A DNA stretch of 64,000 bases from Bacteroidetes bacterium RIFCSPLOWO2_12_FULL_37_12 (GCA_001769655.1 MEPC01000039.1:154-64153), one strand, 5' to 3'; shown: positions 29,090 through 41,196, numbered from the stretch's first letter. Notes: generated by a model not told the origin, from the letters alone. A program made the numbers and translations.

Positions 29090-29776
29090 TATTTGTTTTT
29101 TGAAGGATTAAATTTTTTAATTCCCTTTAACTGTTTAAACCGTTACGATGGTTTTAGTTGCGGAAAGTGGTGGCAAAAATATAAATGGGTTTTACTTTTT
29201 CCAAAAAAAATTTAAGTTTTCTTTTTTTTTATCAAACAGAAGTAACTATCGGTTTTGCTTCAATAAAGCAAATTATTGATAAGATAATATTCTGTTTGTT
29301 TAATAATAATAAGAATTTTTATAATGTTATTTTTTAACTATTTGTTATTATGCTAAGTGATTTCTACTTTTCATAGAATTATCAATATAATTTAGCGAAA
29401 TAAATTTTGAAAATAATATTTTGAAAATTAAGAAATTTAATGATTCGCTGTTATAAATTTTACATTTGATTTTAATTAACTGAATTACTATGAATCTTTT
29501 ATTGTATAAAGAAAATGTGGTGGTTTACCGAAATAAAAGCATATTGGCTTATTCTTTTTTTCAGGTGATGGTGAAATGTTGGAATATCCCGTAGGGACAA
29601 CATATCGGTAGAAAAAAATTACCGCACCTCAATTAAAAGTGCCGTAGGCACGAAATATTTGTATAGACGTTGCCATGTTCATTATATTTCAACACATCAA
29701 AAATAAATTAACCGTATATATTCTATAGTTTTGAATATAAAAAATTTCATTGATATTTGTGAAAAATTTAAACACC

Positions 29777-30385
29777 ATGAAGATGCTTCTTTTTTTACTG
29801 TTAGTCATAGCAATCGTTATACTATGCATAGTATATCTTTTTCCAAAGTTAAATGCCTCCATTGAGAAAAAACTCAAGTTCATTTTGGTCCCGGCAATTC
29901 TTGTCATGGGTTATTATCTATATGCGATTATAAGAGAGCCCATTGAGAAATTGAAAGAAATAGAGCATATTGAAGGGAAAATCAAGGAACGACTTCAATT
30001 AATTAAAATTGCAGAAATATCTTACAAGTCAGTAAAAGGCAAATATGCCGGTGACTGGAATGAATTAATTGATTTTTGCAAGAATGGAAAATTTCCTGTA
30101 ATTATGGCTATAGGAAGTGAAGATGATACTTCCAAAAACAAACTATTTAAAAGAGATACGATGTGGGTGCCAGTTCGTGATTCCATATTTCCGGATAATT
30201 ATGTTATCGATTCTTTGCGTTATGTGCCAGGCAATGAGAAAGCTGACTTCGAAATTTATGCTGGTGAAATCAAAAGAAATTTGACAACCGTATTTGTTTT
30301 TGAAGTGAAAGATCCTAATCCCGTCAATCCGGTTAGAAGAAAAAATAAAAATGAGAAAGCGCTTTGTCTGGGTTCAAGAACGTAG
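29777..30385 (+). CDS. Hypothetical membrane-anchored protein
   Basis: Two N-terminal TM helices followed by a soluble domain. The ATG at 29777 is preferred to the TTG at 29750. Confidence 0.5.
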   Translation: MKMLLFLLLVIAIVILCIVYLFPKLNASIEKKLKFILVPAILVMGYYLYAIIREPIEKLKEIEHIEGKIKERLQLIKIAEISYKSVKGKYAGDWNELIDFCKNGKFPVIMAIGSEDDTSKNKLFKRDTMWVPVRDSIFPDNYVIDSLRYVPGNEKADFEIYAGEIKRNLTTVFVFEVKDPNPVNPVRRKNKNEKALCLGSRT

Positions 30386-30429
30386 GTGAAAACCACTGGA
30401 AATTGGGAATGAATAAATAATTTAATTCA

Positions 30430-31299
30430 TTGAAAAAAATCTACTCATATCCCGGAACTAAAAAGATTTTACCTGAAAATGATTCTGCGATAACTTTAAC
30501 ACTCATTCTTGGTCTGCAGGGATGCGAATTAATGCTCCATTCCGCTGAAAACGGGGAAATACTCCGGCTTGAGAAATATCAATTTTTAGGGTTACATAGT
30601 CAGGCAAAATTAATGCAAACAGTAGCTGATTTATTAATGACAGATGAGTTTTTTCCGGTATTAAAATTTGAAAACGGCGCCTATTTGACCGCTTTTCCTA
30701 TAAAAAAAATAAACATGATTTGGGGCGACACTCCTTTTTCTTTCATTCCTGATAGTTATTCAAATCCTGATTTTGCAAAAGATATACTTAAAATACATTC
30801 ATGGGTGGGTCCTTCGGAAAAAATAAATAATTATCACTTTTCGGATTTTTCATTCAATGTCTTTTACACTTACCCTGAGATGGCAGATAATTTTATTTCT
30901 ACATCCAATACTGAACTCCGACATGCACATCTGATAATTCCACAATTCCTGCTTTCTGTGAAAGAAATTTCAATACAAGGTGCGGTGGCATTTCTTTTTC
31001 AGAAATCCGGTTGGATGACTCTAATTTTATTTCTAAATGGTTCTTTAATATTTGCAAATCATTGTTTTATATCTACTTCTGCGGATGTTCTGCATTTTTT
31101 TCAAAAAACAATAGCTTTCTTTAACGTTTCTGTGGAGGAACTTGCTGTGAACTATTACGCCGAACTTTTTTCTGAAGAAAATTTTCCGGATGAATTGCGA
31201 AAACTTGGAATAAAAACCATCCGGATTTGTACGGATTCTCAATCTAAAAATGGTGAATTAGGAAATTTTCCTGAATTAGGTATGTTGGTTCACTTTTAA
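30430..31299 (+). CDS. Hypothetical protein, possibly DUF3822 family
   Basis: 289 aa directly upstream of rsmD, a context I recall for DUF3822 in Bacteroidota. No motif-level confirmation is possible here. Confidence 0.45.
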   Translation: MKKIYSYPGTKKILPENDSAITLTLILGLQGCELMLHSAENGEILRLEKYQFLGLHSQAKLMQTVADLLMTDEFFPVLKFENGAYLTAFPIKKINMIWGDTPFSFIPDSYSNPDFAKDILKIHSWVGPSEKINNYHFSDFSFNVFYTYPEMADNFISTSNTELRHAHLIIPQFLLSVKEISIQGAVAFLFQKSGWMTLILFLNGSLIFANHCFISTSADVLHFFQKTIAFFNVSVEELAVNYYAELFSEENFPDELRKLGIKTIRICTDSQSKNGELGNFPELGMLVHF

Positions 31300-31369
31300 A
31301 AATTCAAACACTCTGGTTTAAGCTGTAGTAGGTAATGGAGGTTGCGACTTAAACCTTGTAACTTATAAA

Positions 31370-31921
31370 ATGAAAAATAATCAAACACTCCGCATCATCA
31401 CCGGCAAATACAAATCCATCAGGATTTCAGCGCCGGCACATTTGCAGGTACGTCCCACAACCGATATGGCAAAAAGTGGTCTGTTTAATATTCTTGAAAA
31501 TTATTTCTCTTTTGAAAACATGAAAGTGCTTGACCTCTTTTGCGGAACCGGTAATATTTCATACGAATTTTCCAGCAGGGGTTGCATGGATATTGAATCC
31601 GTTGACAGCAACAGGAATTGCATTCAATTTATTAATAACCAACTAAAATCTCTTTCTTTTACAGGCATCAAAACTTTCTGTCTGGATTCAATACGTTTTT
31701 TGGAAAAACAAGCCGGAGAATATGATCTGATTTTTGCTGACCCTCCGTTTGAAATGAAGCCATTGACAAAACTTTTGAGTATTATTTTTGATAACGGTAA
31801 ATTAAAAAAAAATGGGTGGTTTATCTATGAACACAGTGATAGAGATGATTATTCTACGCTTCCCTTTTTTGTTCAAAAGCGAATTTATGGAAGTGTGGCG
31901 TTTAGTATGTTCAAAAAATGA
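31370..31921 (+). CDS. rsmD: 16S rRNA (guanine966-N2)-methyltransferase
   Basis: LRIITGKYKSIRI, RPTTDMAKSGLFNIL, DLFCGTGNISYE and FADPPF motifs. Confidence 0.9.
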   Translation: MKNNQTLRIITGKYKSIRISAPAHLQVRPTTDMAKSGLFNILENYFSFENMKVLDLFCGTGNISYEFSSRGCMDIESVDSNRNCIQFINNQLKSLSFTGIKTFCLDSIRFLEKQAGEYDLIFADPPFEMKPLTKLLSIIFDNGKLKKNGWFIYEHSDRDDYSTLPFFVQKRIYGSVAFSMFKK

Positions 31922-31938
31922 CATACGCAAGGGGTCTA

Positions 31939-33915
31939 TTAATCCAACCTCAAATTCAATCCCACCTGATAATTTCTAAATGGCATTTGCCATGAACGGA
32001 CGATTTGATAATTTTCATTAAAAAGATTATCAATACTACCCGATACTGTAAAACAATAAGTTTTGAAAAACAGTTCGTAAGACGCAACCAAACGAGTCAG
32101 CCAATAGGGGTTGAGATATTCTGTATTATCAGTGCTGGTGTACCTGTAACGAATGTACTGCTCCTGAATGCTTAAGGACACTTTCCTAAAAATCAATGTA
32201 GCAGTCCCGTTTCCGCTGTACATGGGAACATAAATAATTTGTTTTCCTACAGAATAGTCATTTTCAACTTTACTTTTTTCATTGGTGGATAGTATATAAT
32301 TCGTAAGCAGAGAAAATTTTGACTGCCACTTTCCGGTTTTTACATTCAATTTAAAACTCGTTTCCATACCACGACTCCATACCTCCATCAGATTTTGCGG
32401 ACTCCAATAATTTCCGGACGGAAGCCAGATAATCCAGTTTTTCACCGTACGGGTGAATAAAACCGGCTCCGCTAAAAATTCAGTTTTATTTTTTTTATCC
32501 ACAAATTGTAATTTGCATCCTATTTCATGACCATATCCATCTTCAGGGAGTAATCCTGCATTTCCTCCAGGAGACCAGTACCTATCATTAATTGTTGGGA
32601 ACCGGAAAACCCGTGATGACATGGCTTTCAACAGTAACCAATCAAACGTGCGATAATCAATACCTGCTGACCAGGTAAGGGGAGAATTATTTTGAAAAGC
32701 ATATTCTTTTCTTGCGGAAAAATTAAAAATAAATTTATCATTGAACGCATTAAACCTGTAAGAAGAAAAAAGAGCAACTCTGTTTAACGTAGAATTCATG
32801 TCATACTCGGTTGAATTTAATTGTAGATACGTATTGTTTATACCAATTAATATAGAATGTCTGTCCGAAAAACTTAGCTTGGTTTCTTCTTCCATTATAA
32901 AAGAATTGGCTTGATGATTTGAATTTATCATTCGGAGATCGTCCTTATACCTCATGTTTTCATTCAGATAAGCGCCGCGAATGACATATAAAATTTTATG
33001 AGTTGATTTTTTCCAGGAAGAATTCACACGAAAAGACCTGTCATTTTGATTTTCAAAATTTAGGGAATCATAAATGGAAACAGGACGTAATTTATCAATT
33101 TTCTGGTACCATAAGGATAGCGTGGCTGATTGTTTAGCGTTAATATGAAAGGTGTTTTCATTTAGAACTCCATTTTGATTAACGGTAGGATTTTTTTGAG
33201 TGACACTTGCTCCATAAAATAATTTTTTATATGAATCATCGTTTTCAAAATCATTTTTTGCGCTTGCATTAAATATTTTAAAGGTAGAACTTTTCCGTTT
33301 TTGTGTAATAATGCACATAATGTTTTGTGTAAAGTTTGAAAAACTTCCGGCGCTCGCTCCAAAGCTAACCGAAGTGCCTGATTTTTTTTTAATAGGCGAC
33401 GATTTCAGATGCACGGTCCCTCCTACCGAACCACTGCCCCACAAAGCGCCGGCACCTCCGTGTTGTATTTCAACCTCCTCAAGGAAGAATCCTGGTACCG
33501 TTGTCAAATCCAATTGCCCCGTCATCGGATTATTCAGATTTATGCCATCCCACAATACAGCGGTATGCTGAGCACTGCCCCCCCGGAATGAGGTGACAGA
33601 AATATTTCCAGGACCATACGACTTGACAAATAAATTGCTTTCAAATTGCATTAGTTCAGCCAATGACCGGTTAACATGAAGTCCTATAACAGAACTATCC
33701 ATTTTATCGGTTTTAATTCCAGCCGAAAATTGCCTGTTTCGCAGAGAGAATATATTTACTTCCTGTAATGTGATGGTAGTGTCACCGGGAAATGGAAGTT
33801 GTAATTTTAAGGAATCTGACTTCGGAGTAATAATCTGTGCAAGGCAGATGGTTTTGAAGAGTAAAAAAAATGATAAAATGAGAAGGATTATTATTCTGGG
33901 CTTTTCGTTTAACAT
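31939..33915 (-). CDS. TonB-dependent outer-membrane receptor
   Basis: Plug-domain pattern SFRGGSAQHTAVLWDGINLNNPMTGQLDL and a beta-barrel ending in an aromatic-rich terminal strand. Confidence 0.85.
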   Translation of the reverse strand: MLNEKPRIIILLILSFFLLFKTICLAQIITPKSDSLKLQLPFPGDTTITLQEVNIFSLRNRQFSAGIKTDKMDSSVIGLHVNRSLAELMQFESNLFVKSYGPGNISVTSFRGGSAQHTAVLWDGINLNNPMTGQLDLTTVPGFFLEEVEIQHGGAGALWGSGSVGGTVHLKSSPIKKKSGTSVSFGASAGSFSNFTQNIMCIITQKRKSSTFKIFNASAKNDFENDDSYKKLFYGASVTQKNPTVNQNGVLNENTFHINAKQSATLSLWYQKIDKLRPVSIYDSLNFENQNDRSFRVNSSWKKSTHKILYVIRGAYLNENMRYKDDLRMINSNHQANSFIMEEETKLSFSDRHSILIGINNTYLQLNSTEYDMNSTLNRVALFSSYRFNAFNDKFIFNFSARKEYAFQNNSPLTWSAGIDYRTFDWLLLKAMSSRVFRFPTINDRYWSPGGNAGLLPEDGYGHEIGCKLQFVDKKNKTEFLAEPVLFTRTVKNWIIWLPSGNYWSPQNLMEVWSRGMETSFKLNVKTGKWQSKFSLLTNYILSTNEKSKVENDYSVGKQIIYVPMYSGNGTATLIFRKVSLSIQEQYIRYRYTSTDNTEYLNPYWLTRLVASYELFFKTYCFTVSGSIDNLFNENYQIVRSWQMPFRNYQVGLNLRLD

Positions 33916-34012
33916 TAAATATTTTTTGTTTTATGTTATTTATTTTTTCTTGTGGCTAAAGGTATCTGCTGAGCAGTTACTTACATTTATCATTTACATT
34001 TCCCTTTAACTC

Positions 34013-37000
34013 CTACACCCCCACGCCATTCACTCTGATTCCGATTACCTGTTCGACATATTTTTTGGCTTCATCAATTTCATTGACTAATTTCTTAAAC
34101 AGCGGGTCTATATAATTATATTGTTCTGCCTTAACCTGATTCTCAAGTTCCTGCGCTATCTGAACTACAAGAGTGGCACCGATGGTTTTGGAAGCGCCTT
34201 TCAAGGTATGCACCTCTTTTCGAACTTTAATAAAGTCGCTCTCCTCAATTCCGTCTTTCATATTTTCAATAATTTTTTGCGTAGTAGAAAAATAAGTTAT
34301 CAGCACATCTTCCAGAATAGTGGTTTTTCCATCATCACTTTCACCTAAGGAACGCAGTTGTTCCACTACTTCGGGTTTAAGTAGGGGCAAATTAAAATCT
34401 TTAGCCCTTTCGGGAACAATTATAGCGTCATTTATTAAAGGTTGGTCGCCATTAACAATATTCTCCTGATTTTTATTTATAAAATCCGATAACCATTTTT
34501 TCATGATAAATTCAATTTTTTCCATTTCTACCGGTTTCGACATATAGTCATCCATACCCAATGCGATAAATTTTTCATAGTCACCTTCCATCGCATGAGC
34601 AGTCAGTGCCACAATAGGGGGAACTTTTAAATTTTCCATTTTCCTTATTTCCTGCATTGCCTGAACTCCATCCATAACCGGCATGTGTATATCCATAAAA
34701 ATCAAATCAAATTTGTTTCTACCCACAAGCTCAACTGCCTCCATTCCGTTACCAGCCAATGTCACATGGCATCCTATTTTTTCGAGCATCTTTTTAGCTA
34801 CTTTTTGATTCACAAGATTATCTTCAACCAATAAAACAAACGGCTGGCTCAGTTCGAAAAGGTGGAGTGATATGCGACCGTGATTGGTTGAAATCGGTAA
34901 CGGATAATCTTTATAATCAGGTGACTTACTTTGTTTAGCTCCTTCCTGTTGTACTGCTTCTACCTCGAATGTAAACCAGAAATTGGAACCATGATTCACT
35001 TCACTGCTAACACCGATTTCGCCACCCATTAACCGTGTTAATTGCTTGCAAATAGCCAAACCTAATCCTGTGCCTTCATATTTTCTACTTAACGAAGAAT
35101 CAATCTGCGTGAAACTCTGAAAAAGTTTCGATAAGTGATTCGATGCTATTCCTATACCCGTATCAATCACTTCCCCTTTCAGCAAAACCTTTTTATCTTT
35201 ATAAGATGCAAGAGTGACTCGAATTTTTACATTTCCTTTTTCTGTAAACTTAAGGGCATTGCTTATCAGATTATTAAAAATCTGCCCAAGCCGTACTTCA
35301 TCGGTAACGATTTCTTTTGGAATATTTTCCCCTACGTCAATCAGTATCGTATTATCGGTTTTTTTAGATTGTGCTTCAAAAAACAGTACCAGACGTTCCA
35401 GCATTTTCCGGATATTAAAAGAAGAAGGTTTTAATTCCAATTTACCTGCCTCCATTTTTGAAATATCAAGAATGTCATTAATGATGGTTAATAAAGTATG
35501 CGAAGATTTTTTGATGGTTTCGGTGTAGTCCTTTTGTTCTTCATCAAGAGTAGTATCGGCTAAAAGCTCTGCCATGCCGATAATCCCATTCATGGGAGTC
35601 CGTATTTCGTGAGACATATTAGCCAGAAATTCGCTTTTTGCATTCAATGCTTTTTCGACTAATTGTTTTGAGCCGGTAAGTTCTTTATTTAATTTTTCAA
35701 GTTTTGCTTTTTCCCTCACTAATTCTTCCGCCCTCTCGTTCAGTTCTTTAGTACGTTGCCAAACTTTTTCTTCCAATACAATTTTTGTTTTCTTAATGTT
35801 CTTTATACGGAAATTCATCACGAGATAAATGAAAAAGATTAAACCGACGCTGACAACTACATAAAACCACCAATTCCTCCAGAAAGGAGGGAGAATTTCG
35901 AAAGAATAAGAAAGGGGTCTGGTATTCCATACTCCATCGTTATTGGATGCTTTTACTTTGAATGTATATTTTCCGTAAGGTAATTTTGCGTAAGTGACAG
36001 AATTTTTATTAGTGACACCCGACCAGTCATTTTCATACCCTTCCAGCATAAATTGATAATTTACTTTATCCGGAGCGCTTAAACTGATGCCAATAAATTC
36101 CAGTGTAAGGTAATTTTGATTATAATTGAATTTTCCATCTTTCGGAAAATTCGCTTCACGCAGATAGATTTGCAGATTAGTCAATTGCGTGATTGGCTCT
36201 TGATTATTTGAGTGGTCCTCATCCGGATCATATTTAAAAGCGCCCCAAAGTGTTCCAAACCACAAGTTATTATTAATATCAACGGCTACTGCATTCAGAT
36301 TATTTTCGACACCTGAAAATCCTTCATAAGGTCCGTAATTTCGGATAGTGCCATCTTTCTGGTTTATTTTGTCAATATATAGACGGGAAGTAACCCATAC
36401 ATTATTTTCATTATCACAAATTACCCCGTAAATCATATCTGAGCTTAGTCCATCCGCAGTTGTGTAATTGGCTAGGGTAAAAGTGGAAGGTGTATATTTA
36501 TAGATTCCGCCTCCTTGCGAGGTAATCCAGATATTTCCGTTTCTGTCTTCGGAAATGCCGTTAGGATTTTTATTTGGGAAATTAGGAAATTCTATAAATG
36601 GAAACTTTAATTTTTTATCATACAGTAATAGCCCACCTCCATTCGTTGCAAAGTAAAGAGTTCCTTTACTGTCTTTAAATATTTTAAAAACGTAATTTAC
36701 ACCAAGGGTACTTTTTAACACATAATTCTGAAAAGAATTTAAACCACTGGCTTTTGGATTATATTTTGAAACACCAGCCACGCTTCCAAACCAGATATTA
36801 CCTTCTTCGTCTTCGGCAATACACGTTATCAATTGATTTATCAATCCATCACGGGTTGAGAAATTCTGAATCTCCAAGGTATTAGGATTAATCCGGCTTA
36901 CCCCGCCCCCCCAGGTACCTACCCAAACGAACCCTTTTGAATCCTGAAACAACCCAAGAACATGATTATGAGGTAAACCGTTTGAAATGCTGAAATTTTT

Positions 37001-38224
37001 AACGGAACCTTCCTGCAATGACATCCCTTTCAATTCGAACCTTGTTAATCCTTTCTCTGTTCCAAACCATAAAACTCCTTTTTTATCACATATTGCCGTA
37101 AGAATTTTATTGTCAATAAAATTTTCTTTCAAACCGTAGGAAACAAAACGATTTCCAAAATATTCAGATAATCCACCACCGGTTGCTATCCATACATTAC
37201 CTTCCTTATCTGTAATTACCTGCTTTATACTACTGTTTGGCAGACCGTTTTTAGTACTGATATTATCAATCCTGAGATTTATAAACTGTGGATCCTGATA
37301 TAAAGGACCTAAATTTTCTTTAGATAGAAATAATCTTGAGAGACCATCTGATTCCGTTCCGATATAAACAATATTTCCCTGCCCCCAGTACACGGATGTT
37401 ATGACATTGGATGAAAGTCCTTCTCCTACTCCGATATGCTGAAAAGTCCCGTTAAAATTTTTTACTACCTTAGCAGATATAAGATTAGGGTAGCGATTAG
37501 GAGGTGTAAAAAGCGTCAAACCCCCTTCAAGAGACCCTATTAATATTTCCCCGTTTTGATTTACAGAGAGTGATGTAATTAAATTTCCACTTAAACCATT
37601 AGCCGGGGTGAGATAACCAAACGCCGCTTTTTCAGGATTAGAATCGGTTGGGTAATTTAGTATGGTAATGCCGGAACTAGTAGCAAACCAGATTGCACCG
37701 TTTTTATCCTGAATTACCGAATAAACATCATTACTGCTTAGCCCCTTTTCCTGCGTAATATTATAAAGGTAATTTTCATAATAACGATAAACTCCGGACC
37801 CATGAGTGCTAATCCAAATATAACCGTTTGAATCCTCATAGATAGAGGAAATCGCTTTGTCAATTTGTTTTCCTTGATTAACAAATTTGGTGATTTTATG
37901 ATTTTCTATTTTTGAAATTTCCCCCTGTTCATGCCCTACCCAGATAACTCCTTTAGAATCCTGAAAAAGAGCGGTTATATTGTTTGAAGCAAGACCTGAA
38001 GAAATCAGGTAATTTTTAAAAATTTTACCATTATATTTCGACAGTCCTTTTGGGGTTCCTATCCAAATATATCCGTTATTGTCTTGTAGAAGTACCTTTA
38101 ACTCAAAATGAGGTAATCCATGCTCAACATTAAAATTCTTTATGTATAGCGTTTGTGAATAACCGTAATTAGGTAACAGAATTACTGTAATCAACGAAAG
38201 TAATTGTAATATTTTTTTCCACAT
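34013..38224 (-). CDS. Hybrid sensor histidine kinase: periplasmic beta-propeller (Reg_prop/Y_Y_Y), TM, HisKA, HATPase, REC and HPt
   Basis: Many G.IW.GT..GL propeller repeats. H-box [14 protein letters not shown]2 box [25 protein letters not shown]...[11 protein letters not shown], and HPt [12 protein letters not shown]. Confidence 0.9.
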   Translation of the reverse strand: MWKKILQLLSLITVILLPNYGYSQTLYIKNFNVEHGLPHFELKVLLQDNNGYIWIGTPKGLSKYNGKIFKNYLISSGLASNNITALFQDSKGVIWVGHEQGEISKIENHKITKFVNQGKQIDKAISSIYEDSNGYIWISTHGSGVYRYYENYLYNITQEKGLSSNDVYSVIQDKNGAIWFATSSGITILNYPTDSNPEKAAFGYLTPANGLSGNLITSLSVNQNGEILIGSLEGGLTLFTPPNRYPNLISAKVVKNFNGTFQHIGVGEGLSSNVITSVYWGQGNIVYIGTESDGLSRLFLSKENLGPLYQDPQFINLRIDNISTKNGLPNSSIKQVITDKEGNVWIATGGGLSEYFGNRFVSYGLKENFIDNKILTAICDKKGVLWFGTEKGLTRFELKGMSLQEGSVKNFSISNGLPHNHVLGLFQDSKGFVWVGTWGGGVSRINPNTLEIQNFSTRDGLINQLITCIAEDEEGNIWFGSVAGVSKYNPKASGLNSFQNYVLKSTLGVNYVFKIFKDSKGTLYFATNGGGLLLYDKKLKFPFIEFPNFPNKNPNGISEDRNGNIWITSQGGGIYKYTPSTFTLANYTTADGLSSDMIYGVICDNENNVWVTSRLYIDKINQKDGTIRNYGPYEGFSGVENNLNAVAVDINNNLWFGTLWGAFKYDPDEDHSNNQEPITQLTNLQIYLREANFPKDGKFNYNQNYLTLEFIGISLSAPDKVNYQFMLEGYENDWSGVTNKNSVTYAKLPYGKYTFKVKASNNDGVWNTRPLSYSFEILPPFWRNWWFYVVVSVGLIFFIYLVMNFRIKNIKKTKIVLEEKVWQRTKELNERAEELVREKAKLEKLNKELTGSKQLVEKALNAKSEFLANMSHEIRTPMNGIIGMAELLADTTLDEEQKDYTETIKKSSHTLLTIINDILDISKMEAGKLELKPSSFNIRKMLERLVLFFEAQSKKTDNTILIDVGENIPKEIVTDEVRLGQIFNNLISNALKFTEKGNVKIRVTLASYKDKKVLLKGEVIDTGIGIASNHLSKLFQSFTQIDSSLSRKYEGTGLGLAICKQLTRLMGGEIGVSSEVNHGSNFWFTFEVEAVQQEGAKQSKSPDYKDYPLPISTNHGRISLHLFELSQPFVLLVEDNLVNQKVAKKMLEKIGCHVTLAGNGMEAVELVGRNKFDLIFMDIHMPVMDGVQAMQEIRKMENLKVPPIVALTAHAMEGDYEKFIALGMDDYMSKPVEMEKIEFIMKKWLSDFINKNQENIVNGDQPLINDAIIVPERAKDFNLPLLKPEVVEQLRSLGESDDGKTTILEDVLITYFSTTQKIIENMKDGIEESDFIKVRKEVHTLKGASKTIGATLVVQIAQELENQVKAEQYNYIDPLFKKLVNEIDEAKKYVEQVIGIRVNGVGV

Positions 38225-38304
38225 GATAGCAAAATTACAAACTTATTATTACTTTTGTAGCTGTAATTTAAATAATGATAATTTTTACTTAACCCACCTA
38301 TTCC

Positions 38305-38811
38305 ATGAATGACGATTCACTCATAAACATTTTCATTGTTGAAGACGATGAAGTTTTCTTAAAAACTCTCAGTCACCATCTTCATCAGGTTAAAAAATAT
38401 AAAATTTCAACCTTTTCCTCCGGGGAGGACTGCCTTGCTAAAATGAGCAGAAATCCTGATATAGTGGTACTTGACTTAAATCTGAAAGGTATGACGGGTC
38501 TGGAAACCCTGAAAAAAATCAGGCAAACCAAAAATGATACTTATGTCATAATTTGCTCAGAGCAGGAAGATATTCAAACCACCCTTGATGTGTTGAAGGA
38601 GGGCGCCTACGAGTATATAATCAAAAACGAGAACTCTGCCACACGGATAAAGAACTCAATCAGTCATATAATCAAAAGCGAAGAAATAAAGAACGAGAAC
38701 TTAGAATTGCGACTAAAAGTTAGTAAATATCAACTCTATATTGGAGCCATTGCATTGGTGGTGGCTATTGCAGGTTTCTTCACATGGTGGTTTAATTTAA
38801 GGGAACGCTAA
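38305..38811 (+). CDS. Receiver-domain-only response regulator with a C-terminal TM anchor
   Basis: IFIVEDDEVF...VVLDLNLKGMTG receiver motifs, a coiled segment, then the hydrophobic LYIGAIALVVAIAGFFTWWF. Confidence 0.8.
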   Translation: MNDDSLINIFIVEDDEVFLKTLSHHLHQVKKYKISTFSSGEDCLAKMSRNPDIVVLDLNLKGMTGLETLKKIRQTKNDTYVIICSEQEDIQTTLDVLKEGAYEYIIKNENSATRIKNSISHIIKSEEIKNENLELRLKVSKYQLYIGAIALVVAIAGFFTWWFNLRER

Positions 38812-38814
38812 AGT

Positions 38815-38903
38815 AAAGGGGTATAAGGTATAGGGGTATAGAAGTATAGAACTTCAATATTTCCTTATACCCTTATACCCTATACCATTATACCCTATAC
38901 CCA
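38815..38903. repeat. STR-A hairpin element with the loop acttcaatatttcc
   Basis: Left arm 38817-38849, loop 38851-38864, right arm 38865-38902. The same loop sequence occurs in the 40105-40288 element. Confidence 0.85.
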
Positions 38904-38917
38904 TTTTCACTAGCTTT

Positions 38918-39445
38918 ATGTTAAAAATGCTTGAGCCGTTTTACAGGTATGTTATTGAAAAAAAGATAAAACTAAATAAATCAAGACGGGAAAATATTAA
39001 CTTTGAGACAGCAAAAGAAATCGGTATTTTATATTCTGCATCCGGACAAAACTCCGCAGAAGTATTTCATAACTTTGTTTATGAATTAAAATTAAAGAAT
39101 AAATCATTTATCATCATTAATTATTCCCCGAAACCCACAGGGATTTCACTAAAATATGATTGCATTAAATTAACTGATAAAGACATAAACTGGATGGGTT
39201 CATATTCGATGCAGGAAATCACAGCTTTTATCAGGAAACCCTTCGATATTTTATATTGTATAAGTGAGACGTTACCCCTTGCCTTTGAACTTATTTTATG
39301 TGACTCAAAGGCAAAATTCAGAGTAGGGAGATTTTATCCCGGGAAAGAAGGGTTATTTGATTTTATGATTGACACTAAACAAAGTGATTCTATTCCTTTC
39401 CTGATAGAACAAATTATTCACTTTTCTGGCGTAATTAAAAAATAG
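38918..39445 (+). CDS. Hypothetical protein
   Basis: A 175-aa ORF with no recognisable motif. Confidence 0.45.
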   Translation: MLKMLEPFYRYVIEKKIKLNKSRRENINFETAKEIGILYSASGQNSAEVFHNFVYELKLKNKSFIIINYSPKPTGISLKYDCIKLTDKDINWMGSYSMQEITAFIRKPFDILYCISETLPLAFELILCDSKAKFRVGRFYPGKEGLFDFMIDTKQSDSIPFLIEQIIHFSGVIKK

Positions 39446-39482
39446 ATTTCCATATTGAAGCAAATTAACTATTTATAAACCC

Positions 39483-40115
39483 ATGAAAAATATTTTACAT
39501 AACCAATTGAAGATGTTTCTTCCTTCAAAGGCGTTACTACCTGTATTAAAAATAATTAATAAGTACAAAATCGAATTAATTATTTCAAACAACCGCTTAA
39601 CAAAATTAGGTGATTATACTTCTCCAATTAAAGAAAAAGGTCATATAATTACAATCAATGGCTCTCTTAATAAATACAACTTTCTGATTACATTTTTACA
39701 TGAATTTGCTCATTTAAAAAATTGGTTACTATTTAAAGATAAAATCTATCCTCACGGAAAAGAATGGAAAAAAGAATTTTCAAAAGTAATTAAACCTTAT
39801 ATTTATACATACAATGTCTTTCCAAAGAAAATTAAACTTCCTTTGCTGGATTATTTAACCGATCCCGCTTCCACAATATACTTCCATGAATTTCTGACTC
39901 GTGCTATAAAAGAATTTGACAAAAAACCAAAAAGTGTATTGCTTGAGGATGTTCCCGATAATGGAATTTTTAAGACAGAAAATGGTGAAATTTTTAAGAA
40001 GGGCGCTCTTCTTAGAAGTAGATACCGTTGCTTGCTCGTTCCAAAAAGAAGAGTTTATCTCTTGGATGCATTGACCGAAGTAAGAAGGACAAGGGGAGGG
40101 GAAAAAGGGGTATAG
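39483..40115 (+). CDS. SprT-like zinc metalloprotease-domain protein
   Basis: FLHEFAHLKNW (HExxH) followed by HGKEW. The last few codons read into the STR-A repeat. Confidence 0.65.
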   Translation: MKNILHNQLKMFLPSKALLPVLKIINKYKIELIISNNRLTKLGDYTSPIKEKGHIITINGSLNKYNFLITFLHEFAHLKNWLLFKDKIYPHGKEWKKEFSKVIKPYIYTYNVFPKKIKLPLLDYLTDPASTIYFHEFLTRAIKEFDKKPKSVLLEDVPDNGIFKTENGEIFKKGALLRSRYRCLLVPKRRVYLLDALTEVRRTRGGEKGV

Positions 40116-40288
40116 GGTATAGGGTATAGGGAAGGGTATAAGGGTATAAGGGAGGGGTATAAGGGTATAGGGGTATAAGGGTATAAGGGTATAGGGGTAT
40201 AAGGGTATAAAGGTATAAGGGTATAGGGGTATAGGGGTATAAAACTTCAATATTTCCTTATACCCTATACCTTTATACCCCATACCTT
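40105..40288. repeat. STR-A hairpin element with a strongly expanded left arm
   Basis: About 134 nt of ggtatagg/ggtataag octamers (40108-40241), the loop aaacttcaatatttcc, then a right arm of only about 30 nt. Confidence 0.9.
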
Positions 40289-40315
40289 AAAAATTTTACT
40301 TTAGCCAAAAAAATT

Positions 40316-41188
40316 ATGCAAAATTTCACTGGAACCGGCGTGGCACTTGTGACACCATTTCTTAAAAACGGAGAGGTGGACTATAAAAGTTTTGGGAAAC
40401 TTCTCGAACATGTTCTTTCCGGGAAAGTGAACTTTCTGGTTGTATTTGGAACGACTGGAGAATCATCGGTATTAACTTATGACGAGAAGCGAAAGATTTT
40501 CAATTACTTAAAGCAAATCGTAAAAAAACAATTACCCATTGTTTACGGAGCAGGTGGAAATTTTACCTCATCGCTTTTGAAAGAAATATCCTCGAATCCC
40601 GATATAAAAAATTCGGATGCAATTCTCTCAGTTTGTCCATATTATAACAAGCCATCCCAGGAAGGGTTATACAAACATTTCAATGCAATAGCCGCTATTT
40701 CTCCTGTTCCGGTTATACTTTATAATGTCCCATCACGTACCGCATCGAATCTTCATTATACTACTTCAGTACGACTTTCGTCACATCCCAATATTATAGG
40801 AATAAAAGAAGCATCAACCGATATTTATCAATGTATGAACATCGTAAAAGCAACAAAAAAAACAGATTTTATTGTACTTTCCGGTGATGATACATTTACA
40901 TTACCTGGAATTTCAATAGGAATGAATGGGGTAATTTCTGTGCTTGCCAATGCCCTGCCTGAAAAGTTTTCTGCCATGACAAATTTTGCTCTTGCATCTA
41001 ATCGTATTAAATCGTCTTCCATAATGCATGAACTCCTCCCCTTCTGCGAGAGTATTTATGAAGAAGGAAATCCATCGGGGATAAAAGAATTGTTATCTCA
41101 ACTCGGTATTTGTAATAATGTTGTCCGGCTTCCCTTAACGGGCATATCCAAAAAGCTTTCGAAGAGGATAAAGGGGTTATTAAACTAA
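40316..41188 (+). CDS. dapA: 4-hydroxy-tetrahydrodipicolinate synthase
   Basis: GTGVALVTPF...VVFGTTGES, YNVPSRT and IIGIKEAS motifs. Confidence 0.92.
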   Translation: MQNFTGTGVALVTPFLKNGEVDYKSFGKLLEHVLSGKVNFLVVFGTTGESSVLTYDEKRKIFNYLKQIVKKQLPIVYGAGGNFTSSLLKEISSNPDIKNSDAILSVCPYYNKPSQEGLYKHFNAIAAISPVPVILYNVPSRTASNLHYTTSVRLSSHPNIIGIKEASTDIYQCMNIVKATKKTDFIVLSGDDTFTLPGISIGMNGVISVLANALPEKFSAMTNFALASNRIKSSSIMHELLPFCESIYEEGNPSGIKELLSQLGICNNVVRLPLTGISKKLSKRIKGLLN

Positions 41189-41196
41189 AAGAAAAT

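Noticed and set aside
29581-29665. Two short related motifs, cccgtagggacaacatatcggtagaaa and gccgtaggcacgaaatatttgtataga, in the long AT-rich spacer 29090-29776
   Set aside because: There are only two short imperfect copies with no supporting structure or ORF. The spacer is most simply a divergent promoter region.
39855-40283. 142-aa minus-strand ORF (…PIPLYPYTFIPLYPYTLIPLYP…)
   Set aside because: It is simply the translation of the STR-A octamer array. The periodic low-complexity peptide overlaps the SprT-like gene end and has no start context.
40105-40288. Possibility that the tandem-repeat blocks are CRISPR arrays
   Set aside because: Units are 7-10 nt and directly adjacent, with no unique spacers. 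The arrays form complementary arms, and no cas genes are present.
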